Source: Corallochytrium limacisporum Hawaii
Lineage: Eukaryota; Protista; Pluriformea
DNA: 37,319 nt
Direction: 5' to 3'
Assembly (NCBI GenBank): GCA_002811645.1
Contig: PDIP01000117.1
Location: forward strand, 1 to 37,319
Below, piece by piece: positions 32,097-37,319 of the stretch; positions within the stretch are counted from its first letter, which is position 1; each line of letters opens with the position of its first letter. The notes beneath the pieces were generated by a model. The model did not search any database and was not told the origin of the DNA. It saw only the letters and a list, made by a program, of their open reading frames with translations. A program made the position numbers and the translations under genes.

Positions 32097-34370
32097 ATGT
32101 CCGCGATAGGCCTGTCCTTTATGGCCCGTTCAATCTTCCGTGGCCACGGTAGGGGCGGCGGTCGAGCTCCAAGCACCGCGGCAGCGCGAAAAGCAGCAAC
32201 CACGGCGGTTGGTGTCACTAGCCGCAATATTAGCACCGAAACTAGCAGTGGAACCGAACAATCTGCAGTCGCCCTTGACCCGGATTGGTCCCAACGCCGC
32301 AAAATCCGGATCGGTTGCAGCTCCGGCTTCTGGGGCGATTCCATCCTTGCAATTCCCCAATTGATCGAGCGCGTACCGGACATGGACTACTTAGTCGGTG
32401 ACTATCTATCGGAGATAACCATGGCTTTGCTGGCAAAATCTAAGGCTCGCGGCCGTCCTGGCCACATCAGCGACCTCCGTGACGGTATGCTCTTCACACC
32501 ATCCCAGGAGACGCCTTTGTCCGTGTTAAGCAAATCCGAGGGTGACGCGCAGGATCCTCACCGACTGCTGCGGTTGATTGCGGAGCGGAATCTGCGCTTC
32601 GTCGCGAATGCAGGTGGTTTGGATCCAATCGGCTGCGCTAAGGAACTGCGAGATGCCTTTACTGCGGCAGGCATTGCCGGTATCAAGTTTGCGGCAGTGA
32701 CCGGCGATGACGTTTTGCCCCTGATCTCCGGCGAGGGACCGGAGCAGACATCATCCTCAGCACTGTCCGAGATGGATGGGTCCGCCTTTACCCGCCGTCA
32801 AGAGTCATACACTTCGGTGAACGCCTACCTCGGCGCTGTGCCCATTGCTCAGGCCTTGCTTTCCGGTGCACAGATTGTCGTCACTGGACGCTGTGCTGAC
32901 TCGTCGCTGGTCCTGGGTCCCTGCCTCGCAGAGTTTGAGAGCTGGCGCCACACTGGAGACAGTCGCACGCTCGACCTTTTCGCGCAAGCAAGCGCTGCAG
33001 GCCACGTCGTTGAGTGCGGTGCTCAGTGTACGGGTGGAATCTTCACAGACTGGGCCTCCGTCCCCAACCACGCGTCGATCGGCTTCCCCGTCGCAGACAT
33101 TGCGGAGAACGGAACTGTGGTCATATCCAAACCCCGCGGCACAGGTGGACTGGTGTCAATCGGCAGTGTCAGTGAGCAGCTCACCTATGAAATTGGTGAC
33201 CCTGCCTCCTATCTTTTGCCCGATATCACAGTGGACTTTACGGATGTCAAACTGCAGGCCTGCGGAGTGAGTGGGGAGACAGGAGCCCTGGAGCTCCGCG
33301 ATGCGAGCCTGGCACGCGCGTGTGAAGACGATGCCAGCGTTGTGCTCACCGGCGTCCGAGGCAAACCGGCATCGGATCGCTTCAAAGTCTGTGCGACCTA
33401 CGACGCTGGCTATCGCGCGCAGATTATGGTACCAATTGTGGGGCATGGTGCGGCTGAGAAAGCGTATCGCTTCGCAACACACGTCGTGCAGCGCACGAAC
33501 TCCGTCGCCCGACTACGAGGATGGCAGGAGCTCGGTCCCATCGAAGTCCAGGCCATTGGTACGGAACGCGCGAGCTACGGTGATGCTGCTACGGCGAAAT
33601 GGCACGATTCAGTGCGTGAAACGGCCCTGTGGTGTGTCGTGCGCTGCAATGATCGGCGTACGCTTGGACTTTTTGCCAAAGAATGCGCGCCGCAGGCGAC
33701 GGGTGGGCCAGTTGCTGTGCTTTCCTTGCCTGGGGGTCGGCCAAAGCCTTCTCCGGTGCTGGCCTGTCACATGTTCCTCATTGACAAGGACGCAATGCCT
33801 CAGCCCCAAATCACCCTTCTGTCTTCAGTCACTTCTGAAACCGATTCCGAAAACCAGGCAATGACCACCGAAGATGTGACATTACAACTTGAAGGGGGTA
33901 AGGTAAGTGATGCGTCCGCCCTTACCCTGGCCAGTGGCCTGCAGGACACATCCTCTACCCAAATCTTTGGTCAATGCCCACCTCTTTCCGTGTCCGGTTC
34001 GACTGTACCACTCCGTGCTCTTGCATACGGGCGCAGCGGTGACAAGGGCAACAACGCGAACATAGGTGTAATTGCACGCCATCCTGACTATTTCCCGTTA
34101 CTTTCTGAGCAGCTCACACCAGAGCGCGTGTGGTCGGTGATGCGGCACTTGAGTGATGAGCCAAAACAGAGTGCGGACAGCGGTATCGTTCGCTATGACA
34201 TTCCTGGCCTGTATGGATTTAACTTTGTAATGCCTGACTCTCTGGGCGGCGGAGGCACCAATTCGATGCGTCTGGATCCACAGGGTAAGGGGTACGCCTC
34301 GGTGCTGTTGGACATGCCCATTACTCTTCCGGGAGACCAGTTCCTGCGATCCCTGAGGAGCAAGCTTTGA
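32097..34370 (+). CDS. atuA: Acyclic terpene utilisation AtuA family protein (DUF1446) with N-terminal presequence and C-terminal SKL
   Basis: Motifs IRIGCSSGFWGDS, DYLVGDYLSEITMALL, NAGGLDP, SVNAYLGA, VTGRCADS, GHVVECGAQCTGG, EQLTYEIGDPASYLLPD, AYGRSGDKGNNANIGVIAR and LGGGG...RLDPQGKGY. First ATG at 32097, alternative at 32121. Confidence 0.92.
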   Translation: MSAIGLSFMARSIFRGHGRGGGRAPSTAAARKAATTAVGVTSRNISTETSSGTEQSAVALDPDWSQRRKIRIGCSSGFWGDSILAIPQLIERVPDMDYLVGDYLSEITMALLAKSKARGRPGHISDLRDGMLFTPSQETPLSVLSKSEGDAQDPHRLLRLIAERNLRFVANAGGLDPIGCAKELRDAFTAAGIAGIKFAAVTGDDVLPLISGEGPEQTSSSALSEMDGSAFTRRQESYTSVNAYLGAVPIAQALLSGAQIVVTGRCADSSLVLGPCLAEFESWRHTGDSRTLDLFAQASAAGHVVECGAQCTGGIFTDWASVPNHASIGFPVADIAENGTVVISKPRGTGGLVSIGSVSEQLTYEIGDPASYLLPDITVDFTDVKLQACGVSGETGALELRDASLARACEDDASVVLTGVRGKPASDRFKVCATYDAGYRAQIMVPIVGHGAAEKAYRFATHVVQRTNSVARLRGWQELGPIEVQAIGTERASYGDAATAKWHDSVRETALWCVVRCNDRRTLGLFAKECAPQATGGPVAVLSLPGGRPKPSPVLACHMFLIDKDAMPQPQITLLSSVTSETDSENQAMTTEDVTLQLEGGKVSDASALTLASGLQDTSSTQIFGQCPPLSVSGSTVPLRALAYGRSGDKGNNANIGVIARHPDYFPLLSEQLTPERVWSVMRHLSDEPKQSADSGIVRYDIPGLYGFNFVMPDSLGGGGTNSMRLDPQGKGYASVLLDMPITLPGDQFLRSLRSKL

Positions 34371-34849
34371 CCTGTGGTCTTCAATTGAAAGGATTAAAAT
34401 TACCCGTAGACTAAGCTTTCTTGTACAAGTGGATAGTTGCCTTGTATTCACAACGGTGCTGAAAGGCACCCCAGTGCACGTGTGCTAGATGTATGCAAAA
34501 ATGGATAATAAGGTGAACTAAAGAAATGGTTGTGTGACTATGCTACAAACATGAAAGGGAGTCGTTGTGGAGTTTTGGATATTACACAATGGAAAAGAGA
34601 TCGATAATGAACATGACATCTCCTGAGTCAGAGTAATCGACCCACGACAAGAACATACAATTTTGACTTTTGTGACGCTGCCTGACCTCTACTCCCGTGT
34701 TCCTGAGCATCCGTGAATACCAGACGTAAGCAATGACTGCGTACTGCCCGGTCATTCTGCTGTTGCCAAGGTTGAACGAAGATGATTTCCAAGCCATTCG
34801 AGACAAATGCCCACGACTGCGAAATTATGTTATCCCCAGTGTACGCACT

Positions 34850-35779
34850 CTAGAGGCTGGCACCGATACGAGTCTGCTTGGCACTCCAATCCCAGAGATC
34901 ACGAGCCTCATCGTCAGCATCGGCCTTAAGCCACGCCTTCCCTACAGCACAGTCAACCAAGTAGCTGCCACCCTGGCCATCCAGTTCCGGCGCGAGGGTC
35001 GCGTACAGGGTGGTCGCGGCACCCTGTGGAATAGTCTTCAAGAGGCGACTGATGGGCCACAGACTCATGATTGCCTGGACACCAGAGAACAAGTGCTGCT
35101 TTAGGCCCGTGTTAATGACACCGGGATGAAGGCAGAAGGCTTCAATCCTGGCGTTCTTGGCCTTTAGACGCCGGTCCAGCTCCATGGTGAAGTAGATATT
35201 GGCGAGCTTTGCCTGACCGTATGCGAGCCATTCGTTGTAGGACTTCTCGGAGTTCAGATCGTCGAAGTTAATGTAGCCGAGCTGATGTGCAGTGCTGGAC
35301 ACGTTCACAATGCGAGCAGGACCGCTCTTGTGCAGGAGATCGATGAGCTGCATGGTGAGCATAAAGTGACCAAGGTGGTTGGTACCCAGTTGCATTTCAT
35401 AACCGTCCTCAGTTTCGGAACGGGGACATGCCATGACGCCGGCATTGTTGATAAGGTAATGCAATTTGTTGTGCTTGCGCAGTACCTCTTTAGCCGCGCG
35501 CCTGATGCTGGCGAAGGAAGCGAGGTCAAGCTGGAGGAAGGTGACCTGAGCCTTTGCAGTCTCCTCGACCACATCCATGGCCTCCTGAGCCTTCTCCTCA
35601 TTGCGACAGGCCATGATCACATTGCAACCGTTAGCAGCCAGGATCTTGGCTGTTTCCAGACCAATTCCGGAGTTGGCGCCAGTAACCAGAGCAGTCTTGC
35701 CCACAACACCGGCGTCTGCACCGTATTTGTCGGCCATTTCACTGGCCGTCTTAGAGGATCCTAGAAGAAATTCGAGCAT
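34850..35779 (-). CDS. Short-chain dehydrogenase/reductase, retinol dehydrogenase 11-14/WWOX-like
   Basis: 309 aa with TGANSGIG, NNAGVM, TNHLGHF, NVSS, catalytic YGQAK, LHPGVINT and QGAATTLY. Confidence 0.93.
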   Translation of the reverse strand: MLEFLLGSSKTASEMADKYGADAGVVGKTALVTGANSGIGLETAKILAANGCNVIMACRNEEKAQEAMDVVEETAKAQVTFLQLDLASFASIRRAAKEVLRKHNKLHYLINNAGVMACPRSETEDGYEMQLGTNHLGHFMLTMQLIDLLHKSGPARIVNVSSTAHQLGYINFDDLNSEKSYNEWLAYGQAKLANIYFTMELDRRLKAKNARIEAFCLHPGVINTGLKQHLFSGVQAIMSLWPISRLLKTIPQGAATTLYATLAPELDGQGGSYLVDCAVGKAWLKADADDEARDLWDWSAKQTRIGASL

Positions 35780-37319
35780 ATTTGCTTCTTCAAAGACGTG
35801 TGGTTTGTTCCCGAAAAGCTATAAACTCCCGAAAGATATATACCGATCAGTCAACATCTCACTAGGTCGTTGCTTACGTACATGTCCTCAACTAGCTTTC
35901 CCATCGGTTCGGCATGCACCGCTGATTGGGAACAAAGAAAGGACTGCCCGGACGTGAGAAGCAGGAATCATCATGAGTCCCACTAGAAAGCTCAAAATTG
36001 CACAGATACTGTGTTGCATGAACGTAAATTACCCAAAAAACAACAAAATAAAATAAGACTTGAACCCAAAATAAGCCTTGAAAAAGAAACCCGAGTTTTA
36101 CCAAGAACGGACTCCACTTCGTGACCCAAGCCGTGACTCTCAGTCTCCCCCCGGGGGGGGGCCCTCCCTCCTCCCCTCCTTCCCGACCCGGCAGCAGTCC
36201 GTAGCCTTCGCATAGAGATTTTTCTCCCCCTTTTGCGTGCTTCGCCCCTGTGGATTTTTTCTTTCGCCCCTTGCCCTGACCGCCGCGGGTGTTGGAGTGT
36301 GTGTCCCAAAGGTAAAATTGGAGAAACTACGGAAACTCTTCTTTTTTTTTTTTTGGAGGCAAAGAAAAGAAGTAAAAAGAGAGAAAGAAATGAAAGAGTT
36401 TTTGCCCTTAACGCCACTGGGCCTTTAGAGCGGTCCGCTCAAGGATGCGGTGAGAGTGAGGGAGGAGGGACGATAAAAGTTAGGACGTGGCACCACTGCC
36501 CCGCAGTCGGGTCCTGGCACGGGATAGGTGTAGTTGAGCATGGAACATTGATTTTGTATGAAATATGTATGAAGAAAACATTGAGAAATTGGTAAGTGTC
36601 AAGATCTAAGAATTCCGTGGGAATTGATAGATGGTCGTGAAGTCGCATGGCGCGAGAGACGTTTCATGGGCTATTTCGAACATATTGTAAAATGTCGCAT
36701 AAGAATATAATATATTCAATATACCATATTCCTTATACATACATTAGCTACCTATCAAAATGACCCGATCCGACAAATTCCGAAAAGCGGGTCACGCCAC
36801 GAGTTTCCCCAGATGAATCCCACGCAAATAGGTCTCCAAATTCACGTGTTTCAGATATGCAATACTGAATATATTGATGAAACTCCAGGCCACAGCGCAA
36901 CTGTTTACCCAACCCGCCACTAACCCGGCGTGAAGAAGGGGGGGTTTAAACAGGCACGGACACGCGTGTCGAAAACTGGTCAAAATATTGCGAAACCGCT
37001 ACCCCCTCCCCCTCCTCTGCTCGAATCAATAGAATTAATCAAAAGCTCCGTCGGTACATATTCAATACCCAACGATACGCCCGTGCCCGGTTTGGTCTGC
37101 AATTGATTCTGATTCTGTGGCCAACCCGTCCGACACATCAACCTTGGGCCGGGGCCGGTACCTCTCCCTCACTCCCTTCTTCCCCGCCGCGGCGCCCATA
37201 GTGCGTGGTGCGTGGCCTGTTCGAGCGAGCACCACGGGCCTCCGTTCCTGTGTGCCCCCCCACCCCGGCCCGCTGTCCTGGAACCGTTCTCCCGCAGAAA
37301 AGATCTCTCTGGCCCCCCC

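Noticed and set aside
1-37319. CRISPR array, transposase, reverse transcriptase, viral genes or alternative genetic code
   Set aside because: No spaced repeats or mobile-element motifs were seen; TAA, TAG and TGA all terminate conserved genes at the expected positions.

Overview
Gene-dense eukaryotic DNA, most likely from a unicellular eukaryote; the taxon cannot be fixed from this window. It uses the standard genetic code and carries 11 plausible protein-coding genes on both strands, all with uninterrupted ORFs. In order: HRQ1-type helicase, an 83-aa coiled-coil ORF, long-chain acyl-CoA synthetase, a complexin-like protein, a cyclic-nucleotide kinase with three CNB domains, INCENP, a maltose/galactoside O-acetyltransferase, PTEN, an MCC-beta/AtuC-family carboxyltransferase, AtuA and an RDH-type SDR. 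Long intergenic tracts are rich in homopolymers and microsatellites, and there is a 249-N assembly gap. No rRNA, tRNA, CRISPR array or recognisable transposon was found. The best candidates for new biology are five. (1) A divergent AtuA / carboxyltransferase pair (across the gap), where the carboxyltransferase has lost its C-domain catalytic motifs and AtuA has both a mitochondrial-type presequence and a C-terminal SKL. (2) A single-chain PKG-architecture kinase whose three CNB cassettes all carry the cAMP-type RAA signature. (3) A complexin-like gene in a non-animal-looking genome. (4) A Cdt1-like segment in HRQ1. (5) A recurring CGG-N11-CCG upstream motif. All family assignments come from motif recognition by eye, not database searches.
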